37,454 nucleotides of DNA from Clostridiaceae bacterium (GTDB taxonomy: Bacteria > Bacillota > Clostridia > Acetivibrionales > DUMC01): contig JAAZDH010000115.1 of the NCBI GenBank assembly GCA_012512865.1, forward strand, positions 1 through 37,454. The letters are read 5' to 3'. Shown here piece by piece: positions 1 to 9,472 of this stretch. Within the stretch, counting starts at the first letter, position 1. Each line of letters opens with the position of its first letter. The position numbers and the translations under genes were made by a program. Under the pieces are notes generated by a model. That model did no database searches, was not told where the DNA came from, and saw only the letters and a program-made list of their open reading frames with translations.

Positions 1-62
1 CCGAGATACTGGAGGCCATATACACATCGTCGAAAACAGGGGAGCCGGTATATTTTAAGTAA
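1..62 (+). CDS. 3-prime end of a gene starting left of the window; tail resembles Gfo/Idh/MocA-family oxidoreductase C-termini
   Basis: The frame is open from the window edge and reads EILEAIYTSSKTGEPVYFK, then TAA at 60-62. Only 19 residues are visible, so the family call is pattern memory only. Confidence 0.3.
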   Translation, partial: EILEAIYTSSKTGEPVYFK

Positions 63-114
63 GAAACTGCATGGGAAATGCACTTGAATAATTTGGATAA
101 AAATGTTGCTTGCT

Positions 115-143
115 TTGACTTGCTATGGTGTTTTAAATAAAAT
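115..143 (+). promoter_or_regulatory. sigma-A-type promoter candidate for the isomerase gene
   Basis: TTGACT (115-120), a 17-nt spacer, then TAAAAT (138-143). It is followed by a roughly 150-nt purine-rich leader. Confidence 0.4.
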
Positions 144-298
144 GTGAAGCTCGATGGAAAAAAGCAAAACATAACAAGAAAACAGGAAATAACAGAAAGA
201 AAGCAGAGCAATAAAAAAAGATAATAATAGAGAATAATCACGGTGGATAAAAAACAGTGAAAAATTAAAGGAAGAAAAGGAAGAAAGGGTTGATAAAT

Positions 299-1219
299 AT
301 GAAACTGGGGTTTTTAACAGTATGCCTTGGAAACATGCCCTTGGAAGAAAAGGCAAAGTGGGCTTCCGAGAATGGATTTGAAATGCTGGAAGTCGCATGT
401 TGGCCGCAGGATAACGAAAGGGATTATTCGTCATGCGACATTGACGTGACAAATCTTAATGAAAAGGAAGCAGAAAGGATTAAAGCATACTTCAAGGAGT
501 ACAACTTGGAAATTTCATCCCTTGCATACTATGACAACAACCTTCACAACGACCCCGAAAAAAGAGCTTTCATAAACAACCACCTGAAGAAGTGTATTGA
601 TGCGGCGGTAATGCTTGAAACTCCAATGGTGGGAACTTTCGTGGGCAGGAATATCGATAAGAGCATCAAGGATAACTTTGACGAATATGAAAAAGTATTC
701 GGGGAAATCGTGCGTTATGCAGAGGACAGGGGCATTAAAATAATAATCGAAAACTGCCCGATGGAAGGATGGCAGGTACCTGACCTTCCCGGCACCATAT
801 CCTTTACGCCGGAGCTCTGGGAGGAAATGTTCAGGAGAATCCCGAGCAAGAGCCTGGGACTTAATTTTGATCCTTCGCACCTGCTGTTCCAGCTAATAGA
901 TTACTATGCCCCGGTATCCAAGTTTGCCGACAGGATATTCCATGTGCACGCAAAGGACGCACAGGTATTCGAGGATAAACTTAAATGGTATGGGGTATTT
1001 AACAGGCAGTTGGGCGGCAGACATAGCGGAGGTTACTGGATGTTCCGCATGCCTGGTCTCGGACAGGTGGATTGGGGCAAATTCATTGGAGAGCTTAAAG
1101 CTGTGGGCTATGACGGGGTGATAAGCATCGAGCATGAAGATCCGCTGTACGAAGGAAGCATTGGGAAAGTAAAAGAAGGCCTCATCCTTGGCAGAAAGCA
1201 CCTTGAAAAGTTTGTATGA
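299..1219 (+). CDS. sugar phosphate isomerase/epimerase family protein (xylose-isomerase-like TIM barrel)
   Basis: The ORF spans 290-1219; I prefer the ATG at 299 (MKLGFLTV...). Motifs typical of the AP-endonuclease-2/xylose-isomerase-like TIM barrel are present: GFEMLEV, IIIENCP, LNFDPSHL, HVHAKD, SIEHED. Confidence 0.85.
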   Translation: MKLGFLTVCLGNMPLEEKAKWASENGFEMLEVACWPQDNERDYSSCDIDVTNLNEKEAERIKAYFKEYNLEISSLAYYDNNLHNDPEKRAFINNHLKKCIDAAVMLETPMVGTFVGRNIDKSIKDNFDEYEKVFGEIVRYAEDRGIKIIIENCPMEGWQVPDLPGTISFTPELWEEMFRRIPSKSLGLNFDPSHLLFQLIDYYAPVSKFADRIFHVHAKDAQVFEDKLKWYGVFNRQLGGRHSGGYWMFRMPGLGQVDWGKFIGELKAVGYDGVISIEHEDPLYEGSIGKVKEGLILGRKHLEKFV

Positions 1220-1245
1220 CACGTTTGCCCAAAATGCCAGGGTAC

Positions 1246-2130
1246 TTAAGGCTCCTTGTCGCGCAGCAGGGAGCCTTTAAATTTTGAAGGGGGGCTGCCG
1301 TAATACTTCTTAAAGAGCTTGCTGAAATGGTAGGCATCATCGTAACCTACGCTTTTAGCAACCACCCTTATAGGCAGATTGCCCTGCTTAAGCAGTTCCA
1401 TGGCTTTTGCCAGTCGCATTTTTATCAGGTAATTAATGGGGGATTCGCCGATTTCCTCCTTGAATATTTTTGATATGTACGCGGAGCTTAAATACATATT
1501 CTTTGATATTTTTTCAAGGGAAATGTCCTTCATGTAATTCTCGTTTATATATGAAACAATCGAATTAACAACATTTATCCTGTCATACGATTCAAGGTTG
1601 AATATGTAGTTTTCATTTCTTGGTTCATAGGAAGAAAAGTCACTTGAAGCCATGAATAATTCCCTTAAGAAAATGACAATCAACCTCATCAGCATGGATT
1701 TAAGCATGAGGCCGCTACCCGGCTCATCTTTTTCCTGCTCCGCGATAATTTCACTGCATTGTCTTAGAAATTCCTGCTCATACCTGGAAAACCTGAATAT
1801 GGGGCTGGTATTTTCAGAAACCAGGAAATCAGGGGGAAGGCCCTTTATGCGGATATTAGAAAAGCCTGCATGAAATTCCATTGATTCCTGTCCCGGGCCC
1901 ATTAACCGGCAATGGTATACTCCCGGGTTGATTATGAGCAAGTCGCCCTTCCTTGACTTGTAAAACACGCCGTTTATATTGTAGGTGCCTTCGCCTTGCA
2001 GGAAGTACACGATTGAAGGGAAATCATGGCAGTGGTACTTTGTGTTGTTGAGATCACCGTACTTCCTCTTGAAAATATACATTATCCTTGGATAAAAATC
2101 CTCTTCATCTATACCCAAATCATGCAACAT
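1246..2130 (-). CDS. AraC family transcriptional regulator with N-terminal cupin-like sensor domain
   Basis: The C-terminus carries a double HTH of AraC type (ISLEKISKNMYLSSAYISKIFKEEIGESPINYLIKMRLAKAMELL ... VGYDDAYHFSKLFKKYYGSPPSKF). The N-terminus has a cupin-like segment (YKSRKGDLLIINPGVYH). Confidence 0.9.
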   Translation of the reverse strand: MLHDLGIDEEDFYPRIMYIFKRKYGDLNNTKYHCHDFPSIVYFLQGEGTYNINGVFYKSRKGDLLIINPGVYHCRLMGPGQESMEFHAGFSNIRIKGLPPDFLVSENTSPIFRFSRYEQEFLRQCSEIIAEQEKDEPGSGLMLKSMLMRLIVIFLRELFMASSDFSSYEPRNENYIFNLESYDRINVVNSIVSYINENYMKDISLEKISKNMYLSSAYISKIFKEEIGESPINYLIKMRLAKAMELLKQGNLPIRVVAKSVGYDDAYHFSKLFKKYYGSPPSKFKGSLLRDKEP

Positions 2131-2343
2131 AAATCACGCCCTGTCACCGCATGGATTGTACTCCGTCGTACTGGCATCCTGTCCGTTATCCCTCTAACCC
2201 TTCATCAATTCATTCATTCTATCATGCATTAAATCATCCAATCATTCGTTTAACCGGCCATTTATTCAACATACGGTCATTTCATCGTTTCGTGCAAATT
2301 GCTTTTTGCCGCATTTCCCGTTTCTTATTGCCTTGTACCGGCT

Positions 2344-2451
2344 CTACACGCAATATGCCTTATATCAGTTCTGCATGCAACATGCCTTGTATCAATTCTG
2401 CGTGCAATATGCCTTGTACAAGTTGTGCGTTCAACATGCCTTACATCAATT
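2344..2451. repeat. four tandem imperfect 27-bp repeats (plus a partial fifth to about 2470) in the AraC/ABC divergent intergenic region
   Basis: Units lie at 2344-2370, 2371-2397, 2398-2424 and 2425-2451. The consensus is roughly CTGCRTGCAAYATGCCTTGTATCAATT. Confidence 0.85.
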
Positions 2452-2607
2452 CTACAATATGCTGCAACATATTTGCAACTAAAGGATTATGTAAATTTGC
2501 TCGAATTTATATAAGAATGTACATCATGAAGTTAAAAAACTACATTTCATTAGATGCAGCAATAACTCATAATATTACAATGCCCTTTTAGCATTTGGTG
2601 AATTACT

Positions 2608-4377
2608 ATGAGAGTTTTTAAATTTTTTTGGCAATACTTAAAAAAATACAGGTTTGCACTGGTATCAATTTTAATATTTATGCTTGTTAATGCCCTTCTT
2701 GGACTAGTTACCCCTTACATTTCAGGGTTGATAGTCGATGAGGTCATTGTTAACAGGGAAACCGGCTTGTTCCTCAAGCTGCTGCTTTTGCTTGTTGGGG
2801 GCGTTTTGCTGAAATCAACGGCCCGGTACTTTTCTCTCATGCTGATTGAAAAAACAAGCCAGGATTTTTTGCTTGACGTAAGGTGCGAAATGTATTCCAG
2901 GATGCAAAAAATGGATTTTTCCTACTTCGACAGGACAAAGACCGGAAACATTATGACCAGGATAAGCGGTGACCTGCAAGTAGTCAGGGACTTTTTCGCC
3001 GCTTCTGCAACGGTGGTTTTTGAAAGCACCTTCAGCTTCATATTTGTTTTAGTGCTGATGATAAGGATGAACTTTCCCTTTACAATGCTTTTGCTGATGG
3101 TAACACCCTTTATCGGCTATTTTACTTTTGTCATGACAAACAAGACGAGACCCCTGCATCATGATTTGCACGAACAAATAATCAGGCTGAATTCCGTGGT
3201 GCAGGAAAATATAAGCGGTAACAGGGTTGTAAAGGCTTTCTGCAATGAAAATTTTGAAATACAGAAATTTACGGCCGAAAACCAGGGTTATAAAAATGAA
3301 TACATGAAACATGTTGATATATGGAAAAAATATTTACCCATTATTAATTTTTTAGGCGGCATGATGACCGTGATAATCATCCTGGTAGGCGGCATGTTTG
3401 TTATGAGGGGCAGGCTTTCCTACGGGCAGCTCGTGATTTTTACGAGCCTTTCCGGGACACTTAGCGTGCCCTTGAACATCGCAAACTGGTTGAGCGACCA
3501 GGTACAGAGGTTTTTCATGTCTGGTGAAAAGATTATTGAAATGATGCTGGTGGAGCCAAGGATAAAAGATGCCGAAGATTGCATGGTGCTTGAAAAATGC
3601 CGGGGAGAGGTGGAATTCAGGAACGTATCCTTTAGTTACAACGGGGAGAAGGTTTTGAAGAACATAAACATGCATGTTAAACCTGGACAGACAGTGGGCT
3701 TGATAGGTCCCACGGGCTCCGGCAAAACCACGTTGGTGAGCCTCATCTGCAGGTTTTACGATTGTACCGGGGGAGAGATACTGGTTGATGGCATAAATAT
3801 CAAGGACATTCAAAAGAAAAACCTGAGAAGAAATATAGCAATTGCCATGCAGGACACATTCCTGTTTTCCGATACGATAGAGGGGAATATTGCATACGGC
3901 GTGCCCGATGCACCGATGGAAAGTATTTACAAGTCTGCACGGGTTACCAGCGCCCACAATTTTATACTGGAACTTGAGGATGGATATGATACCATAGTAG
4001 GAGAACGTGGTGTGGGGCTTTCCGGGGGGCAGCGCCAAAGGGTTTCCCTCGCAAGGGCCCTGTTAAAAGATGCCCCCATAATTATTTTTGACGATATTAC
4101 ATCAAGCGTCGACGTGGAAACAGAGCAGGAGATCCAGGAATCCCTTAAGTCCATATACAGCGGGAAAACCACTTTTATAATATCCCACAGGATATCCTCG
4201 GTAAGAAACGCCGATGTAATATTTGTCCTGGACGAGGGGCAAATCATAGAGCAGGGTACCCATAGGGAGCTCATGGAGAAAAGAGGGTATTACTATAGCG
4301 TGTTCATGATCCAAAGCGGGAAGAGCAGGGATTTGGATGAAAACAGGAAGGAAATCGCAGCAATAAAATCAAGTTGA
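2608..4377 (+). CDS. ABC transporter ATP-binding protein/permease (exporter type, first half of a heterodimer pair)
   Basis: An N-terminal six-helix exporter TMD is followed by an NBD. The NBD has Walker A GPTGSGKTT, signature LSGGQRQR, Walker B IIIFDD and an H-loop in ISHRIS. Confidence 0.9.
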   Translation: MRVFKFFWQYLKKYRFALVSILIFMLVNALLGLVTPYISGLIVDEVIVNRETGLFLKLLLLLVGGVLLKSTARYFSLMLIEKTSQDFLLDVRCEMYSRMQKMDFSYFDRTKTGNIMTRISGDLQVVRDFFAASATVVFESTFSFIFVLVLMIRMNFPFTMLLLMVTPFIGYFTFVMTNKTRPLHHDLHEQIIRLNSVVQENISGNRVVKAFCNENFEIQKFTAENQGYKNEYMKHVDIWKKYLPIINFLGGMMTVIIILVGGMFVMRGRLSYGQLVIFTSLSGTLSVPLNIANWLSDQVQRFFMSGEKIIEMMLVEPRIKDAEDCMVLEKCRGEVEFRNVSFSYNGEKVLKNINMHVKPGQTVGLIGPTGSGKTTLVSLICRFYDCTGGEILVDGINIKDIQKKNLRRNIAIAMQDTFLFSDTIEGNIAYGVPDAPMESIYKSARVTSAHNFILELEDGYDTIVGERGVGLSGGQRQRVSLARALLKDAPIIIFDDITSSVDVETEQEIQESLKSIYSGKTTFIISHRISSVRNADVIFVLDEGQIIEQGTHRELMEKRGYYYSVFMIQSGKSRDLDENRKEIAAIKSS

Positions 4378-4502
4378 AAACAAAGCAAAAGTACAAGCCG
4401 GGATTTATTAAACTTAAAATTTATCAAATTAGGGTAGTTGCAGCCTAAAGCCGGCCGGGATGTAAAATGATTAAATGGCGAAGATTTAAAGGGTTGATTT
4501 AA

Positions 4503-6296
4503 ATGGCTAGAAATAAATATGATATTGATGAAAAACTGGAAGGTGAATTTAACCTAGATTACCTGAAAAGGATCTCGAAATATGTAAGGCCGTACAGGAA
4601 ACAAATGGTACTAACCTTGTGCCTTATGATATTAACAACGACAGCATCGCTTTTAGGTCCATACCTTATAAAAGATGCCCTGGACAACAGGATACCAAAT
4701 AATGACATGGAAGGTCTTGTATACCTGTCCATTTTGTTTACCCTTGCCCTTGGCGTGATTGCAGTATGCTCAAGGTCCAGGATTAATCTTATTAATGACG
4801 TTGGCCAAAGCATCATAAGGGATATCAGGCTTGATATATTTTCTCACTTGCAAAACCTTCCTTTTTCCTATTACGATAGCAGGCCCCACGGTAAGATATA
4901 CGTAAGGGTGATAAATTATGTTAACAGCATCGGGAACCTGCTTTCCAACGGGCTTGTACAGGTAATCATTGATTTGCTGAGCCTGGTATTCATAGTTGTC
5001 ATAATGTTTTATATCGATGTCAGGTTAACCCTTATTTGCTTGCTTGGGCTGCCCTTGCTCCTGCTTACGGTTTTTCTCATAAAGGGAAAGCAGAGGAGGG
5101 CATGGCAGGATGTGAGCGCAAAGGGCTCAAACCTGAATGCATACATCCATGAAAGCATATCAGGGATAAAAGTTACCCAGGCTTACACCCGCGAGGAGAT
5201 GAATTCGAGTATATTAAAACAGCTGGGGGAAAGATACAGGACGTCATGGATGAAAGCAGTAAGCACCAGTTTTACCCTCGGCCCCGTGGTGGAAAATATA
5301 TCGGTCCTGGTTACGTGCCTAATATACATGGCAGGAATATCGTGGATTGCTGGCGGCGTATCCCTGGGAGTAATCGTGGCGTTCACGAGCTATGCAGGCA
5401 GGTTCTGGGGGCCCATTAACAACCTCAGCAACTTTTACAACCAGATTATCACCGTTATGGCATACCTAGAAAGGGTGTTTGAAACGCTGGATGAAAAGCC
5501 GACGATTGCCGATGCGCCCGGTGCTTATGACATGCCGCCGATAAAGGGGAAAGTGGAGTTTGAAAATGTGTGCTTCAGCTATGAAAAGGGCGGGAGGTTA
5601 ATCCTTGATAATGTGAGTTTCGTTGCAAACCCGGGTGAATCCATTGCCCTGGTCGGCCCCACCGGTGCGGGCAAAACCACCATCGTGAACTTGCTAAGCA
5701 GGTTTTATAACATCGACTCCGGGAGAATCTTGATTGATGGGATTGACATACGGGAAGTAACCCTGAAATCCTTGAGAAAGCAAATGGGCGTAATGCTCCA
5801 GGACACCTTTATTTTTTCCGGTAATATTATAGATAATATAAAGTACGGTAAAATTGACGCAATGGAGGAAGAAGTAATAGAAGCTGCCAAGGCGGTAATG
5901 GCGCACGATTTCATCAAGGATATGGAAGGCGGCTATTACGCGGAGACGAGCGAGAGAGGGGCAACCCTTTCCGAGGGGCAGAAGCAGTTAATTTCATTTG
6001 CAAGGACCCTCCTGGCCGATCCTGCAATCCTTATACTGGACGAGGCCACTTCAAGCGTTGATACAAAAACAGAGATAGCCATCCAGAAGGGTATCGAAAG
6101 GCTCCTGCAAGGACGTACATCATTTATCATTGCCCACAGGTTGTCTACCATCAAGAATGCCTCGAAAATTTTATACATAGATAACGGCAGGATTGTCGAG
6201 CAAGGAACCCACGATGAGCTAATGGCAAAGAAAGGCGCATATTGGAGGCTTTACACGGAGCAGTACCGGTATCTTGGAGGGGATGCGGAGGAGTAA
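4503..6296 (+). CDS. ABC transporter ATP-binding protein/permease (exporter type, second half of the pair)
   Basis: A TMD is followed by an NBD with Walker A GPTGAGKTT, signature LSEGQKQL, Walker B ILILDEATS and H-loop IAHRLST. It is adjacent to and co-directional with the first half-transporter. Confidence 0.9.
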   Translation: MARNKYDIDEKLEGEFNLDYLKRISKYVRPYRKQMVLTLCLMILTTTASLLGPYLIKDALDNRIPNNDMEGLVYLSILFTLALGVIAVCSRSRINLINDVGQSIIRDIRLDIFSHLQNLPFSYYDSRPHGKIYVRVINYVNSIGNLLSNGLVQVIIDLLSLVFIVVIMFYIDVRLTLICLLGLPLLLLTVFLIKGKQRRAWQDVSAKGSNLNAYIHESISGIKVTQAYTREEMNSSILKQLGERYRTSWMKAVSTSFTLGPVVENISVLVTCLIYMAGISWIAGGVSLGVIVAFTSYAGRFWGPINNLSNFYNQIITVMAYLERVFETLDEKPTIADAPGAYDMPPIKGKVEFENVCFSYEKGGRLILDNVSFVANPGESIALVGPTGAGKTTIVNLLSRFYNIDSGRILIDGIDIREVTLKSLRKQMGVMLQDTFIFSGNIIDNIKYGKIDAMEEEVIEAAKAVMAHDFIKDMEGGYYAETSERGATLSEGQKQLISFARTLLADPAILILDEATSSVDTKTEIAIQKGIERLLQGRTSFIIAHRLSTIKNASKILYIDNGRIVEQGTHDELMAKKGAYWRLYTEQYRYLGGDAEE

Positions 6297-6310
6297 AGTG
6301 GAAGTACCAG

Positions 6311-7225
6311 CTATGTTGGCAGGACCACTTTTATTCCCCCGGGTATTATCTCAAAATCCACCTTTCCTTCAATAATGCTCGTCTCTCCGTCTACATTCAT
6401 CGTTATTTTATCTTCGCTGAAAATACTTAAGCTGCTGCACCTGTGAAAAGATACCTCTTCTGCTTCAGCATGGTTGCCTTTGATAAATTTTGGGAGGAAT
6501 CTCATTATTCTCATTCTTCCAACGTACTCGATCAAGCAGACGTCCAGGAAACCGTCGTCTATCTCTGCCGAGGGGGCAGGCTGCATACCGCCGCCGTAAT
6601 ATTTACCATTCGCAACAGCAACCAGGAGGATGTCTTTCTCCATGTTAACCCCGTCCATTGTTATTTTTACCGGGTGGTGCTTGTATCTGAGAAGGGTTCC
6701 AAAAACACTTAGGGTGTAGGCAAAAAGGCCGGACACGAAGGGCAGGTTTTTTATTTTTTGACAATTGTGGGCAACATCGGCATCAAACCCCAGGGAAGCT
6801 ATATTTATAAAAAACCTGTCATTTATCTTGCCCATATCTATTGTTAACTCGCTGCCGCAAACCAGCATTTCCAGCAGCTTATCCTTGGAAACCTGCTTTT
6901 CCAGGATATTTTTGCCAGGCGAATATTTTGCAATGCTTTTAAAATAATCGTTTCCGCATCCTGATGGAATAACCGCCAGGGAGCTATCGCTTCCTGTTAT
7001 GCCGTTTAAAACCTCGTTGACGGTGCCGTCACCTCCTATAGCATAAACCCTGAAGGTATCCTTGGATACATATTGCTTGACCAGTTCGGTGCCGTGCCCG
7101 GGGTATTTTGTAATCTCCAGGAAGTATAAATCATTTTTCCCGGCAAAATATTTCTCAATTATATCAACATATTCCAAGGTTTTACCTTTCCCGGCAGCCG
7201 GGTTTATAACAAACAAGTGTTTCAT
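6311..7225 (-). CDS. diacylglycerol kinase family lipid kinase (YegS/BmrU/DagK-like)
   Basis: The N-terminal FVINPAAGKGK and GGDGTVNEV motifs of the DAGK catalytic domain are present. A strong SD (GGGGGAAGG) precedes the ATG at 7225. Confidence 0.85.
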   Translation of the reverse strand: MKHLFVINPAAGKGKTLEYVDIIEKYFAGKNDLYFLEITKYPGHGTELVKQYVSKDTFRVYAIGGDGTVNEVLNGITGSDSSLAVIPSGCGNDYFKSIAKYSPGKNILEKQVSKDKLLEMLVCGSELTIDMGKINDRFFINIASLGFDADVAHNCQKIKNLPFVSGLFAYTLSVFGTLLRYKHHPVKITMDGVNMEKDILLVAVANGKYYGGGMQPAPSAEIDDGFLDVCLIEYVGRMRIMRFLPKFIKGNHAEAEEVSFHRCSSLSIFSEDKITMNVDGETSIIEGKVDFEIIPGGIKVVLPT

Positions 7226-7531
7226 TGGCCTTCCCCCACAGTTACAGTAAATTTTTTGTATTATACCTTTCTTACAGCTTCGTGCTCGACTTTAGGATCT
7301 AAAAATTTAGCGATAAAATTTCACAAAAAGCTGCTTTACATTTCATAATATACCAATATTAGCGAACATACAATATGTTAGCCCAAAATTTACGAGGTGT
7401 GATTTAAAAAACCGGATGATGGGCGGAATGTTTGAGATGAGTGTCAACCCCCTGTTTCCATACTTTCGCTGTTATACGTGCAAAATCATAGGTGTGAGAT
7501 AACAAGAAAAGGAATAAAATATTATTTTATT

Positions 7532-7559
7532 TTGAAATAACCGGTTAATTATGTATAAT
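7532..7559 (+). promoter_or_regulatory. sigma-A-type promoter candidate for the mannitol-dehydrogenase-family gene
   Basis: TTGAAA (7532-7537), a 16-nt spacer ending in TG, then TATAAT (7554-7559). Confidence 0.4.
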
Positions 7560-7646
7560 AGAATTGTGCCACGGCATAATGTAACAGTGTTGCAGTGTCA
7601 CAGGATTATACCACGTATAAAAATACATATAAAGAGGTGGCTTATA

Positions 7647-9263
7647 ATGCTCAAACTAAACAAGGAAAGCTTAAAGAATAAAGAAGCATTTGTAAAGGCT
7701 GGCATAGAAATACCGGGTTTTGACGCGGATGCCATGATTTCGGATACTGTTGAAAACCCCGTATGGGTGCATTTCGGTGCAGGCAATATTTTCAGGGGGT
7801 TTATAGCGGTTCTCCAGCAGGAGTTAATAGAATCAGGTGAATCCAACAAGGGCATTACCGCGGTCGAGACATATGATTTTGAAATTATTGATAAAATATA
7901 CTCGCCATACGACAACCTGTCCCTCCTGGTAATACTTTATCCCGATGGAAGTTTTTCCAAGAAGGTTGTTGCAAGCGTGGCAGAATCCCTGGTTGGAGAT
8001 CCTGCAAGAGGGGAAGACTGGAAAAGGCTGAATGATATTTTCGCAAAACCTTCCTTGCAGTTTGCAAGCTTTACGATAACCGAGAAGGGATATAATATCC
8101 GGAAGCTTACGGGTGAGTTTCTGCCGGAAGTGGAAAAAGATATGGCGGAAGGTCCTGGCAACCCTTTGAATGTTATGTCAAAAGTAGCTTCCCTCGCATA
8201 TACCAGGTTTAAAAGCGGAAAACTTCCCATTGCCCTTGTAAGCATGGATAATTGTGCCGAAAACGGGAGAAAACTTTACGAGGCCGTTATAAGCATTGCA
8301 AGCGCATGGGCTGAAAAAGGCCTTGTTGAAAAAGAGTTTATTGATTACTTGAACGATACAAGCAAGGTTTCTTTCCCATGGACCATGATAGACAAAATAA
8401 CCCCGAGGCCTTCTGATGATATAAAGAAAATGCTGGATGATACCGGCATGCAGGGCATGGATATTTTAAGAACAGAAAAAAATACATTTATCGCACCCTT
8501 TGTTAATGCCGAAGGCCCGCAATACCTGGTGGTGGAGGATAGTTTCCCGAACGGCCGCCCGCCCCTTGAGAAAACAGGAGTGATATTTACAGACAGGGAA
8601 ACGGTTGACAGGGTGGAAAAAATGAAGGTGGGGACATGTTTAAATCCTCTCCATACGGCTCTTGCAATATTTGGCTGCCTGTTGGGATACAAGACCATTG
8701 CCCGGGAAATGAAGGATGATATTTTAAGAAAACTGGTGGAAAAGATCGGGTTAGAGGAAGGCATGCCGGTTGTTGTCAACCCGGGCGTAATTAATCCCGT
8801 TGATTTCGCAAAGGAAGTAATAGAGAAGAGACTGCCAAATCCATATATACCCGATACGCCGCAAAGAATTGCCACCGATACGTCACAGAAGATGAAGGTA
8901 AGGTTCGGCCATACCATAAAAGCGTACATGAACAGGCCTGACCTGGATCCTGCCTCCCTGAAGTATATACCGCTGGTGATTGCAGGCTGGTGCAGGTATC
9001 TCATGGAAATAGACGATTCAGGAAACGAGATGACCCTAAGCCCTGATCCAATGCTTGATACATTGAGGCAGTATATAGGCGGTATTAAAATCGGGGATGT
9101 TTCCAGTGTTGGAGACAAGCTTAAACCCATATTGTCAAACAGCGAGCTTTTTGGCTTGGACCTGTACAAGGCAGGGCTTGGCGAAAGAATAGAGAATTAC
9201 TTTAAAGAAATGATAGCGGGTAAAAATGCCATAAGGGAAACATTGAGAAAGTACCTGGGGTAA
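7647..9263 (+). CDS. mannitol dehydrogenase family oxidoreductase (fructuronate/tagaturonate-reductase-like; substrate not assignable)
   Basis: Family motifs are present: VHFGAGNIFRGF (Rossmann start), TITEKGY, VSMDNCAENG and IDKITPRP. I moved the start from 7551 to the ATG at 7647 because it follows the SD AAAGAGGTGG (7631-7640), and because the candidate promoter lies inside the longer ORF. Confidence 0.8.
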   Translation: MLKLNKESLKNKEAFVKAGIEIPGFDADAMISDTVENPVWVHFGAGNIFRGFIAVLQQELIESGESNKGITAVETYDFEIIDKIYSPYDNLSLLVILYPDGSFSKKVVASVAESLVGDPARGEDWKRLNDIFAKPSLQFASFTITEKGYNIRKLTGEFLPEVEKDMAEGPGNPLNVMSKVASLAYTRFKSGKLPIALVSMDNCAENGRKLYEAVISIASAWAEKGLVEKEFIDYLNDTSKVSFPWTMIDKITPRPSDDIKKMLDDTGMQGMDILRTEKNTFIAPFVNAEGPQYLVVEDSFPNGRPPLEKTGVIFTDRETVDRVEKMKVGTCLNPLHTALAIFGCLLGYKTIAREMKDDILRKLVEKIGLEEGMPVVVNPGVINPVDFAKEVIEKRLPNPYIPDTPQRIATDTSQKMKVRFGHTIKAYMNRPDLDPASLKYIPLVIAGWCRYLMEIDDSGNEMTLSPDPMLDTLRQYIGGIKIGDVSSVGDKLKPILSNSELFGLDLYKAGLGERIENYFKEMIAGKNAIRETLRKYLG

Positions 9264-9277
9264 ATTTGAATATATTC

Positions 9278-9348
9278 TTTATAGAGAATAATTGAGAATA
9301 GTTTTTGTAGAGAATAATTGAGAATAGCATTTGTAGAAAATAATAGAA
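9278..9348. repeat. about 26-bp tandem repeat (two good copies plus one degenerate) in the 3-prime UTR of the reductase gene
   Basis: RTAGAGAATAATTGAGAATAG occurs at 9281-9301 and 9307-9327, with a degenerate copy at 9333-9348. Confidence 0.8.
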
Positions 9349-9437
9349 CGAGGGGCATAATTATCCAGGGAACTTTAAGGTACAGCAATCGTCTAATTAT
9401 ACAAAGCAGCCACGTGGCAGAAGCCATAGAACAGCTT

Positions 9438-9472
9438 AAAAAAAGGAAGGCAGGAATCTCCTTCCCTTTTTT
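9438..9472. terminator. rho-independent terminator candidate, possibly bidirectional
   Basis: A-run (9438-9444), stem GGAAGG (9445-9450), 9-nt loop, stem CCTTCC (9460-9465), then CTTTTTT. It is directly followed by three 11-bp TTAAGAAATTT-like units (9471-9505). Confidence 0.5.

Noticed and set aside
2151-2591. A 146-aa ORF (and the overlapping 71-aa ORF at 2299-2514) in the AraC/ABC intergenic region, with repeated NMPCI[NS]SAC peptide units.
   Set aside because: The periodic peptide is simply the 27-bp (9-codon) DNA repeat read in frame. There is no SD, the composition is pyrimidine-rich and non-coding in character, and the ORF spans a divergent promoter region.
3352-4038. Long antisense ORFs inside well-supported genes: 3352-4038, 8345-9169, 13986-14705, 18244-18942, 22304-22672, 25523-25978, 27098-27535, 27623-28123, 28442-28864, 34164-34862 and 35566-36030.
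   Set aside because: These are shadow ORFs opposite genes with clear family motifs. Their translations are low-complexity or compositionally odd and lack SD sequences.
7402-7500. A 28-codon ORF (MMGGMFEMSVNPLFPYFRCYTCKIIGVR) in the lipid-kinase/reductase intergenic region.
   Set aside because: The nearest SD-like GAGGTG is 16 nt from the ATG, which is too far. There is no recognisable family, so I have no support beyond an open frame.
7551-7646. The long start (7551) for the mannitol-dehydrogenase-family gene, adding MYNRIVPRHNVTVLQCHRIIPRIKIHIKRWLI.
   Set aside because: The extension overlaps the candidate TATAAT box and has no SD. It is basic and low-complexity. ATG 7647 has a strong SD and gives a family-typical N-terminus.
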